A stretch of 64,000 nt of DNA from a virus. Under the pieces are notes generated by a model, which worked only from the letters and a program-made list of their open reading frames with translations, was not told where the DNA came from and did no database searches. Location: the IMG/VR virus record IMGVR_UViG_3300032177_000002, positions 39,084 through 103,083 of that record; one strand, written 5' to 3'. Shown here in pieces: positions 20,353 through 30,544 of this stretch. The position numbers and the translations under genes are program-made. Position 1 is the stretch's first letter, and each line of letters starts with the position of its first letter.

Positions 20353-21381
20353 TCACATGCTACCACTAGAAATCATAACAGGTTCTGTTCTGCATCTAGG
20401 ATGGAATGGCGGAAGTACAATATTTCTTCCGGCAAGTTTCTTTGCGGCTTCTGGCGATCCGCGTGGAGAATCACCTATAATACTTTTTACGTCCTTTGCC
20501 GATAACCACGGGGCTGCTTCTTTCACTGCATCAGGCGTATCAGCTGCCACTATCGCTTGTATCTGCGCGGTCCCATAAGCAATAGAAAATGTAGTTCCGT
20601 TAAGCTCTCGGCATATCGGACTAGTGCGTTCATCCATAGGGTTTATAAGTTGAAACGTAACTACCCCAGCTTCGGCAAATTGCGTAATACGCGCGATCAC
20701 CCTTGATTGATGGCCAGATACTGATGCTAGCTGCTGAAAGTACAAATCTGGATTTCCTGCATACCTAGCAGGAAGTTCCGGCGCAAACTGGGACATACCA
20801 GGCGACATCCCCAACCCAAACTCCTGTCTTATGGCATCTCGCAATATAGGCCCTGCTTCCCTGTAAGAAAGTCCCTGATTTAGAAGGACATCGTTAGATA
20901 CTTCTCGTATTCTTTGTGATAAATGCTCATCAAAAAACGAGCCAATCCAAAACTTTTGGTGCCCAGCCACTGCATCCACTGCCTTCTGGTCTATTACAGA
21001 AAAATTAAACCCTACTTTTATTTCCTTTGATGCTTCTTCCTTACTAAAAATATATATAGATTTAAGTCTAGTCTTAATTATTCCTGCTTGCTTATCTGTT
21101 AATGGACTTTTTAGTTTATACCCCAGCATTACCAAAAATGAATCTATAGAATCGCTCGTGTAACCACGCGCATCGAGATCAGCAAGCCCCGTATCTAAAG
21201 CAGTTTTAGCTGATAAGGCCCACGCTTCAGACATTTCTTTTGTCATGCGTGCTTCTAATCCAAGTACTAATCTTTTAATATCTATTTTTAGAATGCTGCA
21301 TACTGCCCCTTCAATACTGCATTGAAGCGTTATTAGATCTTCTAAATCTAAGTTAGATAAATCTAAATAATTCCGCGCCAT
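20353..21381 (-). CDS. Minor head protein (Mu gpF / SPP1 gp7-like)
   Basis: DERTSPICRELNG and LPPFHPRCRT. Confidence 0.9.
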   Translation of the reverse strand: MARNYLDLSNLDLEDLITLQCSIEGAVCSILKIDIKRLVLGLEARMTKEMSEAWALSAKTALDTGLADLDARGYTSDSIDSFLVMLGYKLKSPLTDKQAGIIKTRLKSIYIFSKEEASKEIKVGFNFSVIDQKAVDAVAGHQKFWIGSFFDEHLSQRIREVSNDVLLNQGLSYREAGPILRDAIRQEFGLGMSPGMSQFAPELPARYAGNPDLYFQQLASVSGHQSRVIARITQFAEAGVVTFQLINPMDERTSPICRELNGTTFSIAYGTAQIQAIVAADTPDAVKEAAPWLSAKDVKSIIGDSPRGSPEAAKKLAGRNIVLPPFHPRCRTEPVMISSGSM

Positions 21382-22148
21382 AATAATGCACTTTTATTGC
21401 AATGATACGTAGGTGTCTCAACTCCTACTTGTTTATTTGCGATGTCCTCAATAAGTTTTATGGATCCAGGATCTAGCTTGCAGTCCTCTATCACTAACAT
21501 CAGTGCTGGCATGTTTACTATGCGAATACTATCAATTACGTTTTCACTCTTTGTTGTTACATTTTCCAGCAACTTCTTAGCTTCTGCTTCTAATTTATCT
21601 TTAATAGATTGAGACAAGCTTGATTGAGGTATTCTTGCCAATGCATTTCTCAAATGTGGCAAGTCAATTCCACCATCGGCATTACGAACCGGGAAATGCC
21701 TCAAAGTCCTTGGCACTGTTTTACCGTCTCCATCCTTTGTTCCACCCGGCTCAATATAAAGAAATGCGGAGTCTGGCAAGTCATTAACAAATACCGTAGG
21801 CCATACTGCTTTTTCCCTACGTTCCATCGGCGGTAGCGTAACAAACATTTGACAGACTTCTACTACATCACCAAAAACTACCTCTCCGATATCCGCTTTC
21901 TTCAGTTCAGTACGAAAAAATCTGCCATCACGATCATTTCGTACTATTACATGATCCTTAAACACACCGCACAATACAAACTCTTCACCACCATCAACTT
22001 GTTCTACTATTTCTCTCTGCAGCTCCCTTACATAACTATCAACTCCTCCATAGCAGGTAAACCCGTCATCCAATGCAATCTGAACAAAATACATTTTTGG
22101 CATCCTATCCCTTATTGTCAACATCGTTATGTAAGAAAAATCTGTCAT
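21363..22148 (-). CDS. Head-associated protein
   Basis: NDLPDSAF...RHFP...HLRNALARIPQ domain common in phage head clusters. Confidence 0.65.
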   Translation of the reverse strand: MTDFSYITMLTIRDRMPKMYFVQIALDDGFTCYGGVDSYVRELQREIVEQVDGGEEFVLCGVFKDHVIVRNDRDGRFFRTELKKADIGEVVFGDVVEVCQMFVTLPPMERREKAVWPTVFVNDLPDSAFLYIEPGGTKDGDGKTVPRTLRHFPVRNADGGIDLPHLRNALARIPQSSLSQSIKDKLEAEAKKLLENVTTKSENVIDSIRIVNMPALMLVIEDCKLDPGSIKLIEDIANKQVGVETPTYHCNKSALLWRGII

Positions 22149-23781
22149 CTAATTCTTTTTCTACTCTTCTACGCAAATCTAGCAACCCGTCTATCACATG
22201 CCGTGCTGCCACTTTCGGCTCAGCTACCCCGTTACCAGTGGCTGATCCATTCATACCTTGTTGAGCAGCAGCAAACGTTATAGAGAACGGCGTATCCAAC
22301 GGCACACCCTGCGGCATCGGGCCTATGTCATCTCCAAACACTCCTCTCACTATCCTGTCAGCTCTACGAGGCGTCATACCGCCAGACTTCTCTGCTATCC
22401 CCATAAGCCTTATCAATTCGCTATCGTCTGTAACGTTTGGATGATTAGTCTTTAACGTGTGGAATCTTGCACCCCAACGGGATAAAACATGCCGATTAAA
22501 AAGGAAGTCGTCATCTGCTCGCTCAGGAGCAAATACTTGCTCGTCCGCGACAGCCTTACTTGCATCTGCTGTTGCTCTAGTGTAATCCTCTGTTTTTCCG
22601 ACGAACACAGGCGGCAATCTAAATGAGTATCTTATTTTATCCCTATTGTTAGCATCATACTTTTGAAAAAGTTCATCTGTTTTCTGGTATCCTGCCAAAG
22701 GCTCAATTCTAATTTTAAAACTATTTGGACTTTGAATACCACCTTCAGTCGTATCACCTTCCAACAACAAAAACTTACTGAAGTTCATTGCCCCCTGAAC
22801 CTGTTCTTCTGTCCACTCCTTCAACCTAGCTATAGATCCCTCGGTCAGCGCACCGTTTTCTATGATAACGAACATCGACGGAATACCATTACTAGTTAAT
22901 GTATTATAATTAGTCTCTTCAGCAGCCCTACTTCCATAGATAGAAAACAAGTTACCAACATAATGGGGAACTCCATACGGAGTAGTCGGATGATAAATCC
23001 TGAAATGCATTAAAGCAGTCGCACGCTTATCCACGGGCATCGTGTTAGAGTACTTTCCTGTATACTTATCTAAGTACCTAGGATCTCCAGCTTCTTTAAA
23101 CCATAATAGACTTCCGCCATTCGCCATCGGCATAACAAAACGCCGGAACCTATGCCACATAGCAACCTGAGTTACAGAGTAATCCGACGTAGGGTCCACA
23201 CGTGGAACCATTACCTTTACTGGTTCCACGTCCCTCTTAACTAACCTCACCGCATATCCTGGTATGTGACTCATTCCTACTAAGTCACCATTTATACCAT
23301 CTACCAATTCTATGTACCCATTCCCACATGAATGCTGATCGTCCTTTGTATTTTTTCGTATGGTATCAAACGATTCAGTCGGGTGAACCGTTTCCATCAT
23401 CATTAGGAGCCTTGCTTTTTCCTCCTCTATTTGAGCAACAAGACCTTCCCTAACACCGTCTTTCATCTGACGTTCTCGTAGTTGCCAGCCAAACCCGGTG
23501 GTATTTGTTACTATAGCTTGAATGCATTGCCGTAACTCTGTACTTTGATCTTTCAAAGTTGCTAATTTTATTAAAGAGTAAGGAGGCTCTATTATCTGCT
23601 GACCAATAACATTGCAATCCTGGAATACGTCCTTCTCATCCACATTTGACGCTGTACCGCTAGAATTCTCTTGTTTAAATAAAGTTGATCTACCTATAGG
23701 TATCGCCCTAAGTGTTACACTACGTTTACGACCTTCTTTATCTACTGCGTCTAATGCTATTGTGCTCTCACCAGCCTTCAT
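22105..23781 (-). CDS. Portal protein (PBSX-like)
   Basis: IEPPY, GNGYIE, PYGVP, FRLPPVFVG...YTRATA motifs. Confidence 0.9.
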   Translation of the reverse strand: MKAGESTIALDAVDKEGRKRSVTLRAIPIGRSTLFKQENSSGTASNVDEKDVFQDCNVIGQQIIEPPYSLIKLATLKDQSTELRQCIQAIVTNTTGFGWQLRERQMKDGVREGLVAQIEEEKARLLMMMETVHPTESFDTIRKNTKDDQHSCGNGYIELVDGINGDLVGMSHIPGYAVRLVKRDVEPVKVMVPRVDPTSDYSVTQVAMWHRFRRFVMPMANGGSLLWFKEAGDPRYLDKYTGKYSNTMPVDKRATALMHFRIYHPTTPYGVPHYVGNLFSIYGSRAAEETNYNTLTSNGIPSMFVIIENGALTEGSIARLKEWTEEQVQGAMNFSKFLLLEGDTTEGGIQSPNSFKIRIEPLAGYQKTDELFQKYDANNRDKIRYSFRLPPVFVGKTEDYTRATADASKAVADEQVFAPERADDDFLFNRHVLSRWGARFHTLKTNHPNVTDDSELIRLMGIAEKSGGMTPRRADRIVRGVFGDDIGPMPQGVPLDTPFSITFAAAQQGMNGSATGNGVAEPKVAARHVIDGLLDLRRRVEKELDDRFFLHNDVDNKG

Positions 23782-23782
23782 G

Positions 23783-24034
23783 TTACCCCTTAACGGTAGC
23801 CAAAGCCGTATTCAACTTAGAACGAATCTCATTCACCAGTGTGCGTAACAGAGCCATCTCTGCAGCCGAAGGTGGATCAGTGAAAGCTAAAAGCACGGGT
23901 GCAGCCACAGCAGACCTATTAGTTAGATCATCAGCAATACCCCTCAAAACTGTTGCTAATGAAGGAGTTCCGGCAGCTCCTGATGTTAACTGCGCCCCGC
24001 CCTCACCAAAGTTTGACTTTATAATATTACTCAT
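23783..24034 (-). CDS. Small structural/head-fibre-like protein
   Basis: 83-aa Ala/Thr-rich ORF. Confidence 0.45.
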   Translation of the reverse strand: MSNIIKSNFGEGGAQLTSGAAGTPSLATVLRGIADDLTNRSAVAAPVLLAFTDPPSAAEMALLRTLVNEIRSKLNTALATVKG

Positions 24035-24057
24035 ATCAATCCCCTTATGCTTTTACG

Positions 24058-24411
24058 TTATCCCCAAGCTTCCCATAACAAGAGCTCAGTAGTTGTATCG
24101 TTAACGTCTGCCAACACTGGTATTTTTATCCCGCAATTTCCATTGCTATCTTTTATTGCCTCAATCCCGCCAGACGCCAGAACAGACCGTGTTCCATCTG
24201 CGATGGTTTTAATATTTTGCCCTGTAGCCAAACCGTCTGCAGACTCAACCTTAATACTATTCGTCAGATTACTAACTACTGCCTTTTTTGGCATGAACCC
24301 AACTACCAGAACATTCAACGTAGCATTCGTTGCTTTTACTTGTCCTGATACGTATTTAGACCCAACAGTACTTGACATCTTAAATCTCCTTTGGTTACCT
24401 AGTTGTAACAC
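24058..24411 (-). CDS. Hypothetical (structural-like) protein
   Basis: VGFMPK motif, ends WEAWG; start probably at MSST. Confidence 0.45.
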   Translation of the reverse strand: MLQLGNQRRFKMSSTVGSKYVSGQVKATNATLNVLVVGFMPKKAVVSNLTNSIKVESADGLATGQNIKTIADGTRSVLASGGIEAIKDSNGNCGIKIPVLADVNDTTTELLLWEAWG

Positions 24412-24527
24412 GTATTACGATGATATCATGCAAGTTTATACCTTAGCAACACACGGTATTTCCTGCAATCAAGCCATTTGGTTTTCTTAGTTCCATATTT
24501 TTAAGCTCTAATCTCTACGCATCATCC

Positions 24528-25946
24528 CTATATCAACCCAGGCTCATATTCTCTCTTCTTTCTAACTCCACCTAACCCCATGCCCACGGCAATATCAAAT
24601 GCGTCAAACACGTCCTTCGGTCCATGCGGGAATGAGCAAAGACGGCGCATAAACCTATGATGTCCTGGTTTTATATAAATTGGATGCTCAGTAGCAAACA
24701 ATGCTAACTGCTGGGCCCTAGCCACTTTATCCTTTATGGTCCACCTTGGAACTACCGGAACATGCGGAAAGTCTTGTCTTACCTGCTGCGTAAGAACAAT
24801 TTGGTACGCATTAGCTTCTATTCCAACCCTAACCGTCTCAGGATGCTCATTAAATTTTTCCGCAATAAACGATACCTGCCTAGGGAACAGCATCTTTGCC
24901 TCTGTGTAACTTATCAAGTACACAGAGTGCGTAATCTTTTGTACACCTATGGTCACATGCGCAAAAAAATCATTACGTGCTTTCATTCCAGCAGCTAAGT
25001 CTGCAGCTTGCCATTTCGTAAATGGTTCCGGGATACTTTCATAGTACCTGAAATGATCTTCCTTGAATATCCCTCCCAACGCCCTACCACTCCTGCACAT
25101 TAACTGCAGCTCGAATGCAGATAAAGATCCTTTTCGGATCCTGTGCATTCTTTCTGTAGGGAATTTTTCCTCCCATACTGACATGTCAGTCTCTTCGTCA
25201 AGAACACCTAGCACATACGTTTTGTTCTTGTAGTCTTCCTTCTCTAGGTGGCCGTACAAGTCCTCCTCATGCCACCTAGTCCCAATTACCCACATCTTTC
25301 CACCTGGATCTAAGCAATGCAGCAGTGTCTTATAAAAGTAGTTATATACCCTTTGACGCATTCCATCCGTACCACTATTCTCCTCGGTTACCAAGTCATC
25401 AGCTATAATCACATCGAAATGCTTACCAAGCATAGCTGTATCCATACCAACACACGTTATCGTTCCTTCCTTCATACCTATTGCTGTTCTCTTATTCACT
25501 ATTATTTCAGACTCTGCCCATCTGTCAGCCCCGGTCACATAATCGCCAAATACCTGCAATAATGCGTCATTATGCATAAAATGACTTTTTATACTTCTCA
25601 AAAAAGTTTTTGCCTGGCCTTCCGCATCAGACGCGAATAAAATTCGTATATTAGGATTTCTAATGATTAACATTATTGCCCTGGCAATAGTCAAATATGA
25701 CGTTTTTCGGGCACCTCTAAATGCCAAAATCATTGCTTCATCATATGAATCCTGCCAATCCATCATATCTTGATGAAACCACATAGGTAGCTCCCCCCCT
25801 AAAACATATTCGCAAAATATGTCTATTCTCCCATGATCTATAACTAAGCTTCTAATCATGTCGTTTTTTGCTTCTACCGTTTTTTCGTAATTAGAAACAA
25901 TAGTCTGCCTGGGCATCCGTACCCCGCCCTTACTCTTCATGAACAA
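24528..25946 (-). CDS. terL: Terminase large subunit
   Basis: Walker A AFRGARKTS, Walker B FDVIIADD, IGTRWH..D, nuclease DLA..D..IEAN..D..DA. Confidence 0.93.
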   Translation of the reverse strand: MFMKSKGGVRMPRQTIVSNYEKTVEAKNDMIRSLVIDHGRIDIFCEYVLGGELPMWFHQDMMDWQDSYDEAMILAFRGARKTSYLTIARAIMLIIRNPNIRILFASDAEGQAKTFLRSIKSHFMHNDALLQVFGDYVTGADRWAESEIIVNKRTAIGMKEGTITCVGMDTAMLGKHFDVIIADDLVTEENSGTDGMRQRVYNYFYKTLLHCLDPGGKMWVIGTRWHEEDLYGHLEKEDYKNKTYVLGVLDEETDMSVWEEKFPTERMHRIRKGSLSAFELQLMCRSGRALGGIFKEDHFRYYESIPEPFTKWQAADLAAGMKARNDFFAHVTIGVQKITHSVYLISYTEAKMLFPRQVSFIAEKFNEHPETVRVGIEANAYQIVLTQQVRQDFPHVPVVPRWTIKDKVARAQQLALFATEHPIYIKPGHHRFMRRLCSFPHGPKDVFDAFDIAVGMGLGGVRKKREYEPGLI

Positions 25947-26148
25947 TCTCCGGTTATATAATTGGTGCTACTTGGCAAAAAATAGATTGGGTAACCACAA
26001 AGACCTACGTATAGTTATACGCAATCAATCTGCATCAAAGTAATCGTACATTACTTCAACCATCTCATCCGTATATACGTAATACGGTACAACAGCTTGC
26101 CTGTCGTCTTCGCACTCATTTTCATCTTTCAAATTACCCTCCAGTTTA

Positions 26149-26736
26149 TTAGTCCACTATCATAGATTCAAGAAACTCTATTGCTGCTATCGATGACATG
26201 TTCTCTATTCCTCCACACTTAAGCATATCTGCCCGTATATCCAGGATCCTACGCGCCATCTCTACGTCTTCTTCTCCGCATCCATACGCTACCAATTTAT
26301 TGGCCAGTTCTGCAGAATCCAGGATATTTCCTGTTCTCCAGTACTCCATCTCCATATCGCACCCGTATGCCTCCGCCTCATAGGATGCCCTATGCGTAGG
26401 TGACATCATATATCTCCTGCAGAATGTTATCCAACCGTCTCTGCCTCCCTGAATAACGTGCTGATGCTCATGCACGCAAACTTTTATCTGGCTCCACAAA
26501 TCCCATCCAGTGCTTTCATTTCCTACTTCAAACGTAATATAAATACGCTTACCTATTGTTGTTACGAAGCCATGCAGAAATTTTTCCTTTTCTTGTAGAC
26601 CCGGTATTCCTGAAACGCTCAAAATATCCGCAACTGCCGACATCAGTAATGAATCGTCTTTTTGCAGGGTACTACTACCGAACTTCTTCTCCATGCTACC
26701 CCATAAAGACGTTACTATTTTTGATGTAAGCATCAC
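26149..26736 (-). CDS. HExxH metallopeptidase-like protein
   Basis: VHEHQHVIQ and YEAEAY. Confidence 0.65.
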   Translation of the reverse strand: MMLTSKIVTSLWGSMEKKFGSSTLQKDDSLLMSAVADILSVSGIPGLQEKEKFLHGFVTTIGKRIYITFEVGNESTGWDLWSQIKVCVHEHQHVIQGGRDGWITFCRRYMMSPTHRASYEAEAYGCDMEMEYWRTGNILDSAELANKLVAYGCGEEDVEMARRILDIRADMLKCGGIENMSSIAAIEFLESMIVD

Positions 26737-27044
26737 TTTTTAGACTTTTTTTCCCCCTTTAATTTACTCACAGTTTTTGTTTTCTCTTCTACCTTTTGTT
26801 TTTTGGTTCGTGTCTTTTCAGGCCCGTACTTTGCTTTAGTTCCTGTATTATTCAGTTTAGTCACGCATTGCGCATGCGCACGCAAATTTGTTCCACCGTC
26901 AAGGTATACTTCCCCACTAATAATTGGCTTTTCACAAATTCGGCACATCTCATTCTTTTGAACCCTACACGTCCTGGCCTTATACGTACCCCACTTTATG
27001 TTCTTAGTATCCAATGCTGTTCGCATATTGTCCCTTTCCTGCAT
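26733..27044 (-). CDS. Zn-binding basic protein
   Basis: CRIC...I..GE.Y...HAQC. Confidence 0.55.
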   Translation of the reverse strand: MQERDNMRTALDTKNIKWGTYKARTCRVQKNEMCRICEKPIISGEVYLDGGTNLRAHAQCVTKLNNTGTKAKYGPEKTRTKKQKVEEKTKTVSKLKGEKKSKK

Positions 27045-27207
27045 TATTGGCCGTTACGCCAATACGTAATTCGAATGGTCTAATCTTCTTCAGACTGCAT
27101 TCTACTTTCCGTCTCAATTCCATCCATCTTACATATTTCAAGCAACTCTTCCAAAAGATCTTGATCTATTACTTTAGTTTCAGCTAATTCACGCATAACA
27201 AGCTCCG

Positions 27208-27519
27208 TTATTTCACTTTATGCACGCAAGTCGCACCAAGCTTTGCATTGTCACCACTATCACATACCCATTCCGCCATCTCTGTTACATTTTTATTATC
27301 CCGTATCACGTTACAATCAATCACGCGGTGCCATTCATGGTTACTACCACATATTTCTAAAACAGTACCGTTACACCTGGTATCAAACGCATTTATGCAC
27401 GTAGCACATCCTGAATTCATAATTAGTACCCCATATAAAATGCCAAAAACCACAAAAAAAACAAACAAAGACCAAAAAACCGCCTCGCGTTCACCAAATG
27501 GCTCTTTTAAAAAAAACAT
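27208..27519 (-). CDS. Cys-rich membrane/lipoprotein
   Basis: TM segment then SGC and RCNG..LEIC..W...DC. Confidence 0.55.
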   Translation of the reverse strand: MFFLKEPFGEREAVFWSLFVFFVVFGILYGVLIMNSGCATCINAFDTRCNGTVLEICGSNHEWHRVIDCNVIRDNKNVTEMAEWVCDSGDNAKLGATCVHKVK

Positions 27520-27528
27520 CTTCTTCTC

Positions 27529-27738
27529 CTACTTTACTGCAATCAACTTTTTAAACGCTGATCCGATTTTTGTTTGACTCCCATCAAACGGCTCTACTAC
27601 GGTCACTGACCGCAATATCGTCAAAGCAATCATGTACTTTAGTGACACTGGCGCTTCGCTTTTCAGCTCTAATAAATGTTCGCAAAACTCAACCACATCC
27701 TGCTCTGTGTCCAACAAAAATACCTCCGTGCGATCCAT
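27529..27738 (-). CDS. Hypothetical protein
   Basis: 69-aa ORF. Confidence 0.45.
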   Translation of the reverse strand: MDRTEVFLLDTEQDVVEFCEHLLELKSEAPVSLKYMIALTILRSVTVVEPFDGSQTKIGSAFKKLIAVK

Positions 27739-27809
27739 TTATTTATAATAACATATAAGCATAAAAACACAATACGTATAAGTGTCATATTGCACGCGCA
27801 TTTGCATCC

Positions 27810-28172
27810 ATGTTATATCTAAGTATGCCATATACAAACATTAAAACAAAAAAGAGTTTACAATTCAAGCTGGGATCACCCATATTAAAACTAATAGACA
27901 AGCATAGATCCATATTGAAACTAAGCAGAAACAAGTGGGTAACAGATGCCATAGTGAGCCTTATAGAAAACGGGGATCCAACACCGTGCAGAATAACAGC
28001 AGAGAGTTTGTTTTTAGATAAAACAGCTGTAATGGTAAGATTAGACCCGCTTATTTCTGCATTAGTCAATGATCACAGTCAAGAACGGCATGTAACTAAA
28101 ACTACCTGGCTAACAGACGCTTGTCTTAGCAAACTAGCCGATCCAAAAGCTAGCCTAATAAATGGTCATTAA
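27810..28172 (+). CDS. Tandem ribbon-helix-helix-like regulator
   Basis: Two repeated units (SRNKWVTDAI / TKTTWLTDAC); divergent from late operon. Confidence 0.6.
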   Translation: MLYLSMPYTNIKTKKSLQFKLGSPILKLIDKHRSILKLSRNKWVTDAIVSLIENGDPTPCRITAESLFLDKTAVMVRLDPLISALVNDHSQERHVTKTTWLTDACLSKLADPKASLINGH

Positions 28173-28954
28173 CCTGATAACCTCTTACAAGCACGCTTAC
28201 CTATAAACCTAGTACCAACATTTACATCGTCCCTCTTACCTACAGGTAGCACCCACGTACTATCTGCCCATACAGTGTACTGTTTTAACTTAGTTTTACT
28301 CAATGAATGCACCATATCTACTGGCAAGTCGTACCTTACTAATTCGTCATAAAGCCCTGCCTGATCTTTATACCTGTAAAATGAAACTTTAGACCACACG
28401 TAAAACTGCACAATAAGATCCTCACCTACCGTCCCAACAGACCTAATACCTGGCCCATCTACAAAGCTTCTTTTGTCCATCTTAAATGGCACTTTCATTA
28501 TTTCTGATAATCTATTCATAGCGTTATAGCATCTAAGGCACACCTTTCTCTTTGCCGGATCATAGCCAAATATTAGTCTTAAATTATCTGCTGACCTGTA
28601 CCTCTTTTGCGCCATCACATTTGATTTACAATAAGCATTCTGATCATGCATCCACGGGTCTAAAGGGAACAAATGTAACTTAAACCCCTTCTTCTCATGA
28701 CCAGTAGCATTCCAGCAATATACTCCACGAGCATCTTTCAGCAGCGTGAATAACTCCTCTAATCCTATACTAATTTCCTGTTTGCTATTCTGGACCACTC
28801 CAAATTTAGGAACACATATAAATCCTTGATCATTATGAATCACTGCATCTTTCCGTTTTTCCATGCGCGCTAACCTTATGCCATTTCTGCTACATACCGT
28901 ATACGAATGCTTACCTTTTTCATAAAATCCGTGCATAATTGCAATAACTTGCAC
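28169..28954 (-). CDS. Hypothetical protein, possible C-terminal KTSC-like domain
   Basis: GIRSVG....LIVQF......YRY pattern. Confidence 0.45.
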   Translation of the reverse strand: MQVIAIMHGFYEKGKHSYTVCSRNGIRLARMEKRKDAVIHNDQGFICVPKFGVVQNSKQEISIGLEELFTLLKDARGVYCWNATGHEKKGFKLHLFPLDPWMHDQNAYCKSNVMAQKRYRSADNLRLIFGYDPAKRKVCLRCYNAMNRLSEIMKVPFKMDKRSFVDGPGIRSVGTVGEDLIVQFYVWSKVSFYRYKDQAGLYDELVRYDLPVDMVHSLSKTKLKQYTVWADSTWVLPVGKRDDVNVGTRFIGKRACKRLSG

Positions 28955-28981
28955 ACGTATTTAACAAGGAGATTCCAAAAC

Positions 28982-29596
28982 ATGTGGGAACTAATTAAAT
29001 CCAACCCATGGACCACGGGTATAGGCGCGCTTGGTATCATTGCAGCCATAGTAGGTGTCATCATTGGCATTCTAACAAAAGGAAACTGGCCTGATAATGG
29101 GTTACTTGAAGCAAGTAATAATAAAATCAGGTGGCCTATTTACTACCTACCTATACCAATTTTAGTAAAATCCTCTGTTTCAGTTTTATATTTCAATTGC
29201 ATAACAGCAACTGCTTCAGTTATAAACCAACAAATTAACATGACCTTGTTCAAAGTACCAATATGGATATCGCAATCATTGGAGTACACCGTAACAGATC
29301 TTCCACCTCGCCAATGCATCGTCCAAGTTGGCACTGATCCAACCAAAGGAACCACAGAGCATAAATATGACACAAGAACAGGCATTGTATCCGCTGCCAT
29401 CGTTACGCTACCTCCAGAACTTGATTACAATACACCTAAATTAAACTACGTTATACTACACGAATTACTACATGTTCTCGGGCTAGCTCACGACAATGCA
29501 GCAACAGGATCCATTATGGCACCAACCGCTGAAGACATCTCACACGTAATCACACAAAACGACATAAGCTTACTTCGAACCACATACTCCTCCTAA
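28982..29596 (+). CDS. Membrane-anchored metzincin (matrixin-like) metalloprotease
   Basis: AGGAGA SD before ATG 28982; N-terminal TM; HELLHVLGLAH; SIMAP Met-turn. Confidence 0.85.
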   Translation: MWELIKSNPWTTGIGALGIIAAIVGVIIGILTKGNWPDNGLLEASNNKIRWPIYYLPIPILVKSSVSVLYFNCITATASVINQQINMTLFKVPIWISQSLEYTVTDLPPRQCIVQVGTDPTKGTTEHKYDTRTGIVSAAIVTLPPELDYNTPKLNYVILHELLHVLGLAHDNAATGSIMAPTAEDISHVITQNDISLLRTTYSS

Positions 29597-29874
29597 ACTA
29601 CTACTACTACGTAAAACATCTCCACAGTATCCAAGTCCTCGTAAGAAATACTCTTAGCTTCAGTAAACGTCCCGTAAACCCTAACAAACTTCCGCTCAAC
29701 AACATTCCTACCACTCCTTTTTATCGCCTCCTCATAAGCCCTCAGCGAGTCATAACCAGTATCCATGTATAAAGGAACAACCCCAACCTTGAATGAGAAT
29801 AGTCCTAAAGAAAACTTCTCTGTACTAGCTATAAGTACCGTTGCAATTTCCCCCAAAAACATCAATCTAACCAA
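29593..29874 (-). CDS. Hypothetical protein
   Basis: Coupled small ORF. Confidence 0.45.
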   Translation of the reverse strand: MVRLMFLGEIATVLIASTEKFSLGLFSFKVGVVPLYMDTGYDSLRAYEEAIKRSGRNVVERKFVRVYGTFTEAKSISYEDLDTVEMFYVVVVV

Positions 29875-30139
29875 ATTGCGTCAACACTGCAGGCGGCTGC
29901 GGGACCGGTGCAGACCACCAGTAACCTCCCCATCCAGTGCTTGACCCACCAAAATGCCTAGACCTAGCTTGATTTTCATCCAAAAATACACCGTTTATTC
30001 TAAAAACATATAAAGGTCTAGAATGCTCCATCCTATCCGTCAATGTCAAAAACAATCCTTCTTGCAATGGTCTGATCTTTGTCCAACATCCATTGGTAAA
30101 AGCTTCACAACTTTCATTAAAATCGTATTCCTGCCTCAT
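29867..30139 (-). CDS. Hypothetical Trp-rich protein
   Basis: Coupled small ORF. Confidence 0.5.
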   Translation of the reverse strand: MRQEYDFNESCEAFTNGCWTKIRPLQEGLFLTLTDRMEHSRPLYVFRINGVFLDENQARSRHFGGSSTGWGGYWWSAPVPQPPAVLTQFG

Positions 30140-30336
30140 AATCCATCTCCTGCAAGCATAACTGACATTGCTTTCGCCTTCTGCTCCATAATAAGTTTCG
30201 TAAGCTCATCCCGCTCCTTCCCTGAACGGGCTTTCTTTAGCACATCCAATGCGTATTTTTCTGCGGTCTCATAATGAACAGCCGAAAAATAATCTATAAT
30301 AGCTTTTGCTCGTTCTTTCTTAGTTCGCAACGTCAT
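30136..30336 (-). CDS. Small helical protein, ARS.xExDEL family
   Basis: Similar to 38578-38799 and 39365-39583. Confidence 0.65.
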   Translation of the reverse strand: MTLRTKKERAKAIIDYFSAVHYETAEKYALDVLKKARSGKERDELTKLIMEQKAKAMSVMLAGDGL

Positions 30337-30544
30337 TTAACGGCATCCGATCCTTTCGTACTATTTACAATATATTCCACAGTAGCACAAAATTCTCCGC
30401 ACCAGTCCTGCTCCAACACACTTGGCCAGTATGCACGCGCATAAGCATCCCTATGATCCACATTACACACTATAGGTGGGTACCTTCTGCATTCTGAATG
30501 TCTACCTGCCTCAGCATAATAATAAAATATACAATCATGGCATC

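Noticed and set aside
146-25562. Numerous plus-strand ORFs over structural genes
   Set aside because: Antisense shadows of well-supported minus-strand genes
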